This document shows, piece after piece, positions 1 to 9,027 of a stretch of DNA of 64,000 bases (position 1 is its first letter; every line of letters starts with the position of its first letter). Location: the sequence record OP558005.1. One strand, 5' to 3'. The notes below the pieces were generated by a model that saw nothing but the letters and a program-made list of their open reading frames with translations, was not told the origin of the DNA and made no database searches. The DNA is from Klebsiella phage vB_KpnM_VPA32. Position numbers and translations under genes: made by a program.

Positions 1-1
1 T

Positions 2-70
2 GGTACTGTACGAGGCAACCGCAAACGTAAGAAAGCTATGAAACGTCGTCAGGCGTTAGGATTAAGCTAA
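2..70 (+). CDS. 3' end of a prohead core protein gene (gp68-like), partial
   Basis: Frame 2 is open from the window edge (..RKRKKAMKRRQALGLS*). Its stop overlaps the start of gene 21 as TAATG. Position upstream of gene 21 matches T4. Confidence 0.4.
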   Translation, partial: GTVRGNRKRKKAMKRRQALGLS

Positions 71-711
71 TGAATGAACCCCAATTACTCATTGAGCATT
101 GGGGTCAACCCGGCGAAATTTTGAATGGCGTACCGATGCTTGAGTCATACGATGGCTCAGATGCAGGGCTAAAACCTGGATTATACATCGAAGGCGTGTT
201 CATGCAAGCCGAAGTAGTTAACCGAAATAAGCGTCTTTATCCAAAGAGAGTATTGGAAAAAGCCGTAGCTAATTATATTAAAGAGCAGGTTTCTACTAAA
301 CAAGCACTTGGAGAATTAAATCACCCACCACGTGCTAACGTTGACCCGATGCAAGCCGCAATCATCATCGAAGATATGTGGTGGAAAGGAAACGATGTTT
401 ATGGACGAGCTCGTATTATTGAAGGTGACCATGGTCCTGGAGATAAACTCGCTGCAAACATTCGTGCTGGCTGGATTCCTGGAGTATCTAGTCGTGGACT
501 AGGCTCATTAACGGAAACCAATAAAGGCTACCGTATCGTAAACGAAGGATTTAAACTCACCGTTGGCGTTGATGCTGTGTGGGGGCCTTCTGCACCAGAT
601 GCTTGGGTAACTCCGAAGCAGATTTCGGAATCCGCTGAGGCGCAAGTCGCCAAAAAGAATGACGATGAGTCATTTAAAGCTCTCGTAGAGAGTCTCGAAA
701 AAGCATTATAA
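70..711 (+). CDS. 21: prohead core protease gp21
   Basis: 213-aa ORF. Its size and its position immediately upstream of 22-23-24 match T4 gp21 (212 aa). Confidence 0.85.
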   Translation: MNEPQLLIEHWGQPGEILNGVPMLESYDGSDAGLKPGLYIEGVFMQAEVVNRNKRLYPKRVLEKAVANYIKEQVSTKQALGELNHPPRANVDPMQAAIIIEDMWWKGNDVYGRARIIEGDHGPGDKLAANIRAGWIPGVSSRGLGSLTETNKGYRIVNEGFKLTVGVDAVWGPSAPDAWVTPKQISESAEAQVAKKNDDESFKALVESLEKAL

Positions 712-714
712 ATA
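707..714 (+). promoter_or_regulatory. T4-type late promoter box TATAAATA (for gene 22)
   Basis: Exact TATAAATA lies about 30 nt upstream of the gene 22 ATG and overlaps the gene 21 stop. Confidence 0.55.
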
Positions 715-744
715 ATAATGTAACTTAACAACAGGACTAACAAA

Positions 745-1560
745 ATGCTGAAAGACATCCTGCTCCAGGAAGCTCAGAATATTGAAGCTACCGTAGCTGT
801 GGACAGTATTTTCGAATCGGTCGAGCTTTCTCCGGAAGTAAAAGCGAAGTTCGAAACTGTATTCGAAGCAACTGTGAAGAAACATGCCGTTGAATTGGCT
901 GAATCCCACATTACCAAAATTGCTGAAATGGCTGACGAAAAGCTGAAAGACGCTAAAGAAGAAGCCGAAGAAAAAGCTGAAAAGAAACTGACAGAACATG
1001 CTTCTCGTTTCTTCAATCACATCGCTCAAGAATGGATGAACGAAAACAAACTGGCTGTTGATAAAGGCATCAAAGCTGAACTGTTTGAATCCATGTTCGC
1101 TGGTATGAAAGAACTGTTCGTTGAACACAACGTTGTTCTGCCAGAAGAATCAGTTGATGTAGTTGCTGAAATGGAAGAAGAACTGGCTGAAGCTCGTGAA
1201 GAAATCAGCAATCTGTTCGAAGGTATTTCTGCTCGCGACGAAAAAATTAATACCATGCTGCGTGAAAGCGCTGTAATGGAATCAACTAAAGACTTGACCG
1301 ACGTTCAGAAAGAGAAAGTAGCTTCTCTGACCGAAGGTATGGAATATTCCGACGAATTCTCAAGTAAGCTGTCTGCCATCGTCGAAATGGTTAAAGGCTC
1401 CGTCGAGAAAGAGGTAGTAAATGAAAGCATAAATACTACCGACAATGATGCTGACGGTCTCAACTTCATTACTGAAGAACACATTGAGCCAGAAGAAAAA
1501 GTATCAAAACAGCCATCGATGATGGACGCATACGTAGCCTCTGCGGCACGTCTTTCTTAA
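745..1560 (+). CDS. 22: prohead core scaffold protein gp22
   Basis: 271 aa, very acidic and rich in E/K/A with coiled-coil character. It lies between 21 and 23. Confidence 0.85.
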   Translation: MLKDILLQEAQNIEATVAVDSIFESVELSPEVKAKFETVFEATVKKHAVELAESHITKIAEMADEKLKDAKEEAEEKAEKKLTEHASRFFNHIAQEWMNENKLAVDKGIKAELFESMFAGMKELFVEHNVVLPEESVDVVAEMEEELAEAREEISNLFEGISARDEKINTMLRESAVMESTKDLTDVQKEKVASLTEGMEYSDEFSSKLSAIVEMVKGSVEKEVVNESINTTDNDADGLNFITEEHIEPEEKVSKQPSMMDAYVASAARLS

Positions 1561-1582
1561 TTTTTAAAAGGTTATAAAACAC

Positions 1583-3145
1583 ATGAAAAAGATTAATCCG
1601 TTAGTAGAAAAATGGACTCCGCTGCTTGAGAACGAAGCACTGCCTGAAATCGTTGGTGCTGGTAAAAAAGCTCTGATTGCAAAAATCATGGAAAACCAGG
1701 AATCAGCTATTAAAACTGAACCTGCATTCCGTGATGAAAAAATCGCTGAAGCATTTGGTTCGTTCCTGACTGAAGCAGAAATTGGTGGTGATCACGGTTA
1801 TGATGCTCAAAACATCGCTGCTGGTCAGACATCCGGCGCAGTAACTCAGATTGGACCAGCTGTTATGGGCATGGTACGTCGTGCAATTCCTAACCTGATT
1901 GCTTTCGACATCTGCGGTGTTCAGCCAATGAGTTCTCCAACCGGACAGGTATTCGCTCTGCGTGCTGTTTACGGTAAAGACCCTCTGGCCGCTGGTGCTA
2001 AAGAAGCATTCCACCCAATGTACGCTCCAGATGCAATGTTCTCTGGTCAGGGTGCTGCTCAGAAATTCGCAGCTGTTAAAGCTTCCGATGTTCTGACTGT
2101 TGGCACTATCGTAGTTCACGATTTCGCTGATGTTGGTCGCGCTTACTTCCAGGTTGCTGAAGGTTTCACCGTAGACGCTGGTGCTACCGATGCTGAAAAA
2201 CTGGATAAAGCAGTTAAAGCTGCTGAAGAAGCTGGTCAGCTGGTAGAAATCGCTGAAGGTATGGCTACCTCTGTTGCGGAACTGCAGGAGAACTTCAACG
2301 GTTCTACTGACAACCCATGGAATGAAATGGGCTTCCGTATCGATAAACAAGTTATCGAAGCTAAATCCCGTCAGCTGAAAGCTCAGTACTCTATTGAACT
2401 GGCTCAAGACTTACGTGCTGTTCACGGTATGGATGCAGATGCTGAACTGTCTGGTATTCTGGCTACCGAAATCATGCTGGAAATCAACCGTGAAGTTGTA
2501 GACTGGATTAACTACTCTGCGCAACTGGGTAAAACCGGTATGACTCAGACCGTTGGTTCTAAAGCTGGTGTATTTGACTTCCAGGACCCAGTAGATATTC
2601 GTGGCGCTCGTTGGGCAGGTGAAAGCTTCAAAGCTCTTCTGTTCCAAATCGATAAAGAAGCTGCTGAAATCGCACGTCAGACTGGTCGTGGTGCTGGTAA
2701 CTTCATCATCGCTTCTCGTAACGTAGTTAACGCTCTGGCAGCTGTTGACACTGGCGTTACTCCTGCTGCTCAGGGTCTGGGTCAAGGCTTCAATGCTGAT
2801 ACCACTAAGACTGTGTTCGCAGGTATTCTGGGCGGTCGTTATAAAGTATACATCGACCAGTACGCTCGTCAGGACTACTTCACCATTGGTTACAAAGGTG
2901 CTAACGAGATGGATGCTGGTATCTACTACGCTCCATACGTTGCTCTGACTCCACTGCGTGGTTCCGACCCTAAAAACTTCCAGCCAGTCATGGGCTTCAA
3001 AACCCGTTACGGTATTGGTATCAACCCGTTTGCTGATAGTGCATCACAGCAGCCGAATGCTCGCATTCAGTCTGGTATGCCTTCTATCGTCAACTCCGTT
3101 GGTAAGAACGCGTACTTCCGTCGCATCTGGGTTAAAGGTCTGTAA
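1583..3145 (+). CDS. 23: major capsid protein gp23
   Basis: 520 aa against T4 gp23 at 521 aa. Segments such as ..AIPNLIAFDICGVQPMSSPTGQVFALRAVYGKD.. resemble the T4 major capsid protein. Confidence 0.95.
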   Translation: MKKINPLVEKWTPLLENEALPEIVGAGKKALIAKIMENQESAIKTEPAFRDEKIAEAFGSFLTEAEIGGDHGYDAQNIAAGQTSGAVTQIGPAVMGMVRRAIPNLIAFDICGVQPMSSPTGQVFALRAVYGKDPLAAGAKEAFHPMYAPDAMFSGQGAAQKFAAVKASDVLTVGTIVVHDFADVGRAYFQVAEGFTVDAGATDAEKLDKAVKAAEEAGQLVEIAEGMATSVAELQENFNGSTDNPWNEMGFRIDKQVIEAKSRQLKAQYSIELAQDLRAVHGMDADAELSGILATEIMLEINREVVDWINYSAQLGKTGMTQTVGSKAGVFDFQDPVDIRGARWAGESFKALLFQIDKEAAEIARQTGRGAGNFIIASRNVVNALAAVDTGVTPAAQGLGQGFNADTTKTVFAGILGGRYKVYIDQYARQDYFTIGYKGANEMDAGIYYAPYVALTPLRGSDPKNFQPVMGFKTRYGIGINPFADSASQQPNARIQSGMPSIVNSVGKNAYFRRIWVKGL

Positions 3146-3153
3146 TCCAATTA

Positions 3154-3183
3154 AATGGGAGCCGCAAGGCTCCCATTGTTGTT
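3154..3183 (+). terminator. rho-independent terminator after gene 23
   Basis: Hairpin AATGGGAGCCGCAAGGCTCCCATT followed by a T-rich tract. Confidence 0.6.
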
Positions 3184-3193
3184 TCTACGGATG

Positions 3194-3201
3194 ATAAATA
3201 A
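3194..3201 (+). promoter_or_regulatory. late-promoter-like box GATAAATA upstream of gene 24
   Basis: A 7/8 match to TATAAATA lies 30 nt before the gene 24 ATG. Confidence 0.3.
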
Positions 3202-3230
3202 AAGTATAATCCACTAGAGGAAAAGCGACG

Positions 3231-4514
3231 ATGGCTAACATCCATGACCTTCTGCGCGAATCAACTACAACGACGAGTTCAATTTCTGCCCGTCCTAGCC
3301 TCGTTGCATTGACTCGCGCTACTACTAAATTAATTTACTCTGATATTGTAGCTACTCAGCGTACTACTCAACCTACTGCTGCTTTCTATGGTATCAAATA
3401 TTTGAACCCTAACAAAGAATTAACGTTCCTTACTGGTGCTACCTACGCAGGTCAAACTGGTACTGAGGACCGTAAGTCTATTGAAACATTAACTGCTTCA
3501 AATAAAGATTCATTTGGCAAGGGCGATTTATTCAAATACAATGACATTGTTTACAAAGTACTTGTAGATAATCCATTTGACCAGATTACTGAAACTGATT
3601 TAGAAGTTGTAATTCAGATTTCTCTGGTTAAACTCACTACTCGTTTAATGTCTGACGCTGCTATCACTTCCAAGTTTGAAACTGCTGGAGCTGATATCGC
3701 TGAAGCTAAATTCCAAATTGATAAATGGCAGACTCAAGTTAAATCTCGTAAACTTAAAACGAGCTTGACTGTTGAATTGGCCCAGGACCTTGAAGCTAAT
3801 GGCTTTGATGCTTCCAATTTTATCGATGATTTACTGGCTACTGAAATGGCCGATGAAATTAACAAAGACATTTTACAAAGTCTTGTGACAGTTTCAAAAC
3901 GATATAAAGTTGAAGGTATCACAGATACTGGATTCATCGATTTATCTTATGCATCTGCTCCAGAAGCTGGTCGTTCTCTGTATCGCATGGTATGCGAAAT
4001 GGTTTCTCATATTCAGCGCTCAACATCCTTTACTGCAACATTCGCTGTAGCATCTACTCGTGCTGCTGCTGTTCTTGCTGCATCAGGTTGGTTGAAACAT
4101 CAATCTGGAGATGATGAATATCTATCAGAGAATGCTTATGGTTTCCTGGCAAACGGTTTGCCTCTGTATTGCGATACTAACACTCCACTCGATTATGTAA
4201 TCGTCGGTGTAGTAGAAGATATTGGTGATAAAGAAGTTGTATCGAGTATTTTCTATGCTCCATACACTGAAGGTATCGACCTTGATGACCCGGAACACGT
4301 TGGTGCATTTAAAGTAATTGTTGACCCAGAAAGCTTACAGCCTTCTGTAGCTTTACTCGTTCGTTATGCACTGTCTGCTAACCCGTATACTGTAGCTAAA
4401 GATGAAAAGGAAGCTCGAATCATTGATGGCGGGGATATGGATAAGATGGCAGGACGTTCTGATTTATCAGTTCTTCTTGGTGTTAAGTTACCAAAAATCA
4501 TCATTGAAGACTAA
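3231..4514 (+). CDS. 24: capsid vertex protein gp24
   Basis: 427 aa, the same length as T4 gp24, and a paralogue of gp23. It follows gene 23. Confidence 0.9.
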   Translation: MANIHDLLRESTTTTSSISARPSLVALTRATTKLIYSDIVATQRTTQPTAAFYGIKYLNPNKELTFLTGATYAGQTGTEDRKSIETLTASNKDSFGKGDLFKYNDIVYKVLVDNPFDQITETDLEVVIQISLVKLTTRLMSDAAITSKFETAGADIAEAKFQIDKWQTQVKSRKLKTSLTVELAQDLEANGFDASNFIDDLLATEMADEINKDILQSLVTVSKRYKVEGITDTGFIDLSYASAPEAGRSLYRMVCEMVSHIQRSTSFTATFAVASTRAAAVLAASGWLKHQSGDDEYLSENAYGFLANGLPLYCDTNTPLDYVIVGVVEDIGDKEVVSSIFYAPYTEGIDLDDPEHVGAFKVIVDPESLQPSVALLVRYALSANPYTVAKDEKEARIIDGGDMDKMAGRSDLSVLLGVKLPKIIIED

Positions 4515-4516
4515 AA

Positions 4517-4543
4517 GAAAGGGAACCGTGAGGTTCCCTTTTG
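4517..4543. terminator. bidirectional hairpin between convergent gene 24 and minus-strand ORF
   Basis: GAAAGGGAACCGTGAGGTTCCCTTTT has an A-rich 5' flank and a T-rich 3' flank, so it could terminate on either strand. Confidence 0.55.
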
Positions 4544-4546
4544 TAG

Positions 4547-5092
4547 TTATAAAGCAAATATATCGAATGTTGGCGCGTACTTGTCTTTGAATCTCTGATA
4601 GATTTCCTTCTCATACAGATTGTAGCAAGGTATCCCATGACGCTTAGCTATATCAACGGCCACTCGTGTCCCTCCAGTAACGCTAGAGAGTTTTATTGGA
4701 GCATAGAATAGTACCATATCCACGGGCGACTGGCAGTCCTCTCCGAGCACCTGAAGTGCATTGCGGGCAAATAAAGTCTTCACTATATCCCGGCACTCAT
4801 CCCAGTAACTTGTCACTTCTCTTGCTTTAATTACACTCCTGATTCTCACTTCATTTGGAAAATCTTTCCACACCTTTACTCCAACTCCGGTTTTAAGACC
4901 ATTGAAGCCTTCGTATGGTATGATACGTAATGAGCGCTCACGGTCGTATCTACTGAGCCATGATTCATCTGCACCAGGAGCTCCTCCCGAATACGAAAAA
5001 TGGCCCGACTCCGAAAGAGCCTGACCAGTTAATGACATGACATCTAAAACACGACGTGGCGTCTCTCGAGAACCAATTAACGCCAAACGCAT
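4547..5092 (-). CDS. DprA/Smf-like Rossmann-fold (SLOG superfamily) protein, not present at this locus in T4
   Basis: 181 aa. The N-terminus reads LALIGSRETP, then about 25 aa, then SYSGGAPGADESW, which fits the DprA/YpsA-type pattern (GSR..P strand then SGgAxGxD). Its ATG overlaps the rnlB stop as TAATG. It looks GC-richer by eye than its neighbours. Confidence 0.45.
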   Translation of the reverse strand: MRLALIGSRETPRRVLDVMSLTGQALSESGHFSYSGGAPGADESWLSRYDRERSLRIIPYEGFNGLKTGVGVKVWKDFPNEVRIRSVIKAREVTSYWDECRDIVKTLFARNALQVLGEDCQSPVDMVLFYAPIKLSSVTGGTRVAVDIAKRHGIPCYNLYEKEIYQRFKDKYAPTFDIFAL

Positions 5093-6096
5093 TAGTTACT
5101 TACCAGTTCAATCCAAACCGGACGAATTACGCCTTGTACGTAATTGACAAGTTCTTTCTTGACTACATCAGGATTATCAGCGTCAGTAATGAAGATTTCT
5201 TCACGACCAGCTTCTTCCAGAATATCCTGGACAGTAAGACCCATAACTTTACCAAAGTCCTTTGGACCCACTTGACCAATCTTACTGATAACGTTATTGA
5301 CTCGGTTCAGAGTAGCGTAAGCTGCCAGGGTGGAGAAAGCAACCTTATCAACATCAGTCAGTTCAACCTTAGCTTTAATAGGCTTATCGGATTTAGCTTT
5401 CTCAGAGAACTTGGAGTTCTTGCATTTGATAGCTACACGAGAACCATTAGGGAAGAATTTAGGGTAGCATGGTTTCAGAACGTAGCCTTCAGCGATGTTG
5501 CTTTCTGAAACAACCGCCTGGAATGGCATAGTATTAGCTTCTTCAAGACCATGAGCTTCAATAGCTTGATTATAGCGATTAACTACAACATCCAGCATAT
5601 TAGGAATTTGAATCAAGTCATCGAATTTACCACGACCCAGCAGTGGAGCCATTTTAAACCCAAAGACATTACACATACGTTCCATCATGAAATCATCAAC
5701 ATAAGATGATTCACCGGATTCGGTAGTCACTTTAATATCGAAAACGTAGAAGTCTTTTTCACCATAATCAACACCTTTCTGAATTCCACCGCCGGCAAAT
5801 TCACCAAAGATTTGATAAGCTACAGTAGCACCAGTCAGTGCAGCTTGAACAGCTTTAAATGACTCGTTATAACGACCCATGATAACCATATAGCCAAAGA
5901 AGTCTTCTGCTGGCAGAATAGGACCAGTGCGCTTAGCAGGCTGAATGCTATCTTTAGTTACGATAACAGAAAAGTTAGTGCCGTGAATTTTCTCGCGCGC
6001 TACCCAAGTTTCAGAGACATCAAAACCAGCATTACGAATACGCTCAATGAATTTACCGTTGTAGTGGTTCTCGAGCGTTGAATATTTCTCAAACAT
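5092..6096 (-). CDS. rnlB: RNA ligase 2 (Rnl2)
   Basis: 334 aa, the same length as T4 Rnl2. Resemblance to T4 runs from the N-terminus ([18 protein letters not shown]..) to the C-terminus (..PVWIELVSN). It sits downstream of gene 24. Confidence 0.9.
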   Translation of the reverse strand: MFEKYSTLENHYNGKFIERIRNAGFDVSETWVAREKIHGTNFSVIVTKDSIQPAKRTGPILPAEDFFGYMVIMGRYNESFKAVQAALTGATVAYQIFGEFAGGGIQKGVDYGEKDFYVFDIKVTTESGESSYVDDFMMERMCNVFGFKMAPLLGRGKFDDLIQIPNMLDVVVNRYNQAIEAHGLEEANTMPFQAVVSESNIAEGYVLKPCYPKFFPNGSRVAIKCKNSKFSEKAKSDKPIKAKVELTDVDKVAFSTLAAYATLNRVNNVISKIGQVGPKDFGKVMGLTVQDILEEAGREEIFITDADNPDVVKKELVNYVQGVIRPVWIELVSN

Positions 6097-6104
6097 ATTT
6101 CACC

Positions 6105-6362
6105 TTAGAATTTAATTTTGAAAGACTGACCTTGATAGTCAGCATTGAACTCATACGAGAAACCATTTTTAGAAAAGAATCCTTTCATAGCTTCTACGTT
6201 ATTGCTCCATTTTTCTGGAACAATATAAAACGTTTCAAACTTACCACGTTGTGCTGCGTTCCGCAGGTTATCTTTGATATGAGCTTTAATCTCTTCTGGT
6301 AGTTCATCACGCACACCTTGTGCCAATGCTCTGTATTCTTGAGCTAGACTCATTATAATCAC
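6105..6362 (-). CDS. hypothetical protein (24.2-like position)
   Basis: 85-aa ORF with a plausible RBS, syntenic with the small ORFs after rnlB in T4. Confidence 0.45.
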   Translation of the reverse strand: MIIMSLAQEYRALAQGVRDELPEEIKAHIKDNLRNAAQRGKFETFYIVPEKWSNNVEAMKGFFSKNGFSYEFNADYQGQSFKIKF

Positions 6363-6467
6363 CGTATAAATATCAATAATTAGGGAGGGTTCTATCCTTC
6401 TATCGTCAAGCGTATGTACTAGAAAGAATCCGTGAAACCATTATACCACGCGGATTCTTTAAGCATA

Positions 6468-6821
6468 TTATAGAGGGATTACTTTATATTTCTTATTGCC
6501 ACGAGCATCACGCTTACAAACTAATTTGCACTTCGTGCCGCTTGCGATAGTGTAATCTTCATCAACCTTCATCCGCATCCAGTCTAATACCGTTCCAGAT
6601 GGGTTCAAAGATTTTTCAACTTCAACCATAATTTTAGTGCCAGACTTATAAAACTTAGATTCTTGCTGCTCATAGTCAGATAGTGCGCGAGCAAACGCAG
6701 ATGGGCTTAAGAATTTATTGTAACCGTGAGCAGCAGCTACAAACGTATTATCTAAAGCATGTTTAATGTTTTTGATTACAACTGATGCGTAACCGACGTG
6801 TTTTTCTGGGTATTGATACAT
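6468..6821 (-). CDS. hypothetical protein (24.3-like position)
   Basis: 117-aa ORF. Its start overlaps the stop of the upstream ORF as ATGA. Confidence 0.45.
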   Translation of the reverse strand: MYQYPEKHVGYASVVIKNIKHALDNTFVAAAHGYNKFLSPSAFARALSDYEQQESKFYKSGTKIMVEVEKSLNPSGTVLDWMRMKVDEDYTIASGTKCKLVCKRDARGNKKYKVIPL

Positions 6822-7048
6822 TATAAAGTCCTCATGAACTGCGAAAGTTTTTGATGACGAGATTTTACATCAACATTTGATAAGCGTTTACGATAAACCA
6901 CTTTCTCTTTTCGTTTAGATTTAGCTTTTGCAGCTTCAACTTTAACATAATACAAAGCTGCTTCTTCGGGTTTAATACCCGCTTCTCTTGCAATTTCAAT
7001 AAAACTCAATCCGCACTCATGCTTAAAATGAATCTCAATAGGTGTCAT
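6821..7048 (-). CDS. small basic protein with helix-turn-helix-like segment
   Basis: 75 aa. The segment LSFIEIAREAGIKPEEA is HTH-like and the C-terminus is Lys/Arg-rich. A TGgTATTAT -10-like element lies just upstream. Confidence 0.4.
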   Translation of the reverse strand: MTPIEIHFKHECGLSFIEIAREAGIKPEEAALYYVKVEAAKAKSKRKEKVVYRKRLSNVDVKSRHQKLSQFMRTL

Positions 7049-7090
7049 GGTAATATCCTACGGTAAAAGATGTTGGTATAATACCACTCT

Positions 7091-7123
7091 CTAGAAAAAG
7101 CAAAAGGAGCCCGAAGGCTCCTT
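7091..7123 (-). terminator. UUCG-loop terminator downstream of hoc
   Basis: AAGGAGCCCGAAGGCTCCTT hairpin. The minus-strand transcript has a U-tract after the stem. Confidence 0.6.
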
Positions 7124-8245
7124 TTAATAGATGATACCAGCTTCTAAAGCAGTACGATGAACAATGTATCCATTTCTAGATTCTTGTACATCAACTTCTG
7201 GATACTCGTCTAGCATTTTAGCCAGAGTATATCGGTGTAAGTAATAATCGCTGTCAGGGTCGTCGAGTTTCCAATCTTTGCCCGCGACAGTCATTCGCTG
7301 GATTTCATCCATGACCCACCAACCACACCAAATATAAGCTGTTTCACGGACCGGTAGAGGATGAATATACGGAAGTTCTCCATCAGGAGCAGGAGCTACC
7401 CTTTTAGTAATAGTTACATTACCAGTTTTAGTAACTGTAACCGGGTTATAATCCGGAGCAGAAACTACAACCGAAACCTCAATTACTTGTGACCCGATAG
7501 TGGATGTATCAATTTCTAAAGTACTTGTTGAGCCTTCAACAGGAGAACCATCTTTAGTCCATGAATAGGTTCCGGATGCACCTTCTGGAGCACCAATAAT
7601 ATCAGCTTTAAAGGATGCTTCTGTTCCTTGTTCGGTAGTAATAGACTCAGGAGTCAGAGTAACAGAAACTCCACTCATGGTCTTTTTAGTAAAAATAACT
7701 GCAACACCCTTAGTCGCAGTAGCCGGGTTGTAATCTTCCGCAGAAACTGTGACTTCACAGTTCAAAGTGTAATCAGCTTCTGCTGATTCAGTTACGGTAA
7801 TTGTTTTAGCTGTTTGACCCTCAATAACGTCAGCGCCGCGTTTCCAAACATAAGCAATGCTTGCTCCTGATGGTGCGCCAGTAACATCAGCAGTAACTAC
7901 TTGAGATTGCCCAATTTCTTTAGAAACAGATTCTGGGCTCAAAGTTAAAGTAATCGCAGGCATAGTTTTGTTCTGAACTGTCAGAGTAGTTTCTGCTTCA
8001 GCCGTTTCAGGGTCACCTTCAGCCGGAGTAACAGTAGCAACTACTTTAACAGTCTTACTACCTGCGGGTCCTTCAGCAATATAATCCATAGCTGCGGTAA
8101 CAGAAGACTGCGGTGTGCCATTTACAGTCCATACAAACGATTCTGTACCTTCAGCCGCGGCGCCAGAAGTTGTTGCAGTAAAATTAGTTGTAGTTCCAAT
8201 GACTGCTGAAGCAGCCAAAGGAGCAATAGATACGGTATACGCCAT
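7124..8245 (-). CDS. hoc: highly immunogenic outer capsid protein Hoc (Ig-like repeats)
   Basis: 373 aa against T4 Hoc at 376 aa. Internal Ig-like modules repeat (..TVTESAEADYTLNCEVTVSAEDYNPATATKG.. and ..SQVIEVSVVVSAPDYNPVTVTKTG..). A conserved C-terminal capsid-binding segment is present. Synteny fits. Confidence 0.8.
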   Translation of the reverse strand: MAYTVSIAPLAASAVIGTTTNFTATTSGAAAEGTESFVWTVNGTPQSSVTAAMDYIAEGPAGSKTVKVVATVTPAEGDPETAEAETTLTVQNKTMPAITLTLSPESVSKEIGQSQVVTADVTGAPSGASIAYVWKRGADVIEGQTAKTITVTESAEADYTLNCEVTVSAEDYNPATATKGVAVIFTKKTMSGVSVTLTPESITTEQGTEASFKADIIGAPEGASGTYSWTKDGSPVEGSTSTLEIDTSTIGSQVIEVSVVVSAPDYNPVTVTKTGNVTITKRVAPAPDGELPYIHPLPVRETAYIWCGWWVMDEIQRMTVAGKDWKLDDPDSDYYLHRYTLAKMLDEYPEVDVQESRNGYIVHRTALEAGIIY

Positions 8246-8255
8246 AAGAATTTCC

Positions 8256-8975
8256 TTATTTTAAAGTCACAAATGAAGAATTGCGAGTTTCACGAATCAT
8301 AATAGACCCGTTTCTTTTAATGTAATAAATTAAGCTAAATAACGTTTGGTGAGCTGATGGGTGTCCAAACGATGTTGGACGAGATTTCCAATCCGGATTA
8401 TCTTTAATCCATTGGTAAATCCACCAAGGAAGAGTAACATATCCTGGATTCTTACCTAACAATTGTGTGTTTGGACTAAAGTTTTCGGGAAGCTCAACAA
8501 TTTCTTCATTAAACTTTTCTTGGGTGATTGCAGTCACTGGAATAGTATGAACTTTATCATCTGCAACTGTAATCACAGAATCACCGATTGGGGCTTCAAG
8601 AATAACGCCTTTAACAGGGTCCATTGGCTTACCAAAATGAGGGTCGATATCAGTTACTTTCACTTGTGGCGTATCGACAGATACAGAATCAATCAATAGA
8701 CGAGCTTCTTCTTTAGCCTCATCTTTAAAAATAGCAGTGCCTTTGGCCTCATCATCAGCTTGAATAAGGTCATAAATTGAAAGACCGTCATTCTGTTCTG
8801 GCATAGGTTCATTAGCAAGTTTAGCCAATTCGACTTCAAGGTCAGCGACCATATTGTCAAAGGCTTTAGTTTTCTTCAGCTTGATGCCGAAGGTTTCAGC
8901 GTACTCGGCAAGCTTTTCTTTGGCTTCTTTTTTCTCAAGTGCACCGATTTCAGCAATATAATCTTTATCTAACAT
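8256..8975 (-). CDS. inh: prohead protease inhibitor Inh (start moved to internal Met MLDKDY)
   Basis: Position between hoc and uvsW matches T4. The track ORF runs through the divergent late promoter. The internal ATG at 8975 has a GAGG RBS. Confidence 0.55.
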   Translation of the reverse strand: MLDKDYIAEIGALEKKEAKEKLAEYAETFGIKLKKTKAFDNMVADLEVELAKLANEPMPEQNDGLSIYDLIQADDEAKGTAIFKDEAKEEARLLIDSVSVDTPQVKVTDIDPHFGKPMDPVKGVILEAPIGDSVITVADDKVHTIPVTAITQEKFNEEIVELPENFSPNTQLLGKNPGYVTLPWWIYQWIKDNPDWKSRPTSFGHPSAHQTLFSLIYYIKRNGSIMIRETRNSSFVTLK

Positions 8976-8990
8976 AGTAGCCTCGTTGTG

Positions 8991-9012
8991 TATAAATATA
9001 AATGTATTTATA
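8991..9012. promoter_or_regulatory. divergent late promoters (TATAAATA on both strands) for uvsW and inh
   Basis: TATAAATA at 8991-8998 on the plus strand. TATTTATA at 9005-9012 is TATAAATA on the minus strand. Confidence 0.5.
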
Positions 9013-9027
9013 ACTAAGGAATCGGCA

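Noticed and set aside
1703-2407. 234-aa minus-strand ORF inside gene 23
   Set aside because: It is antisense to the strongly supported major capsid gene. It has low-complexity, Ser/Phe-rich composition typical of an antisense artefact, and no RBS.
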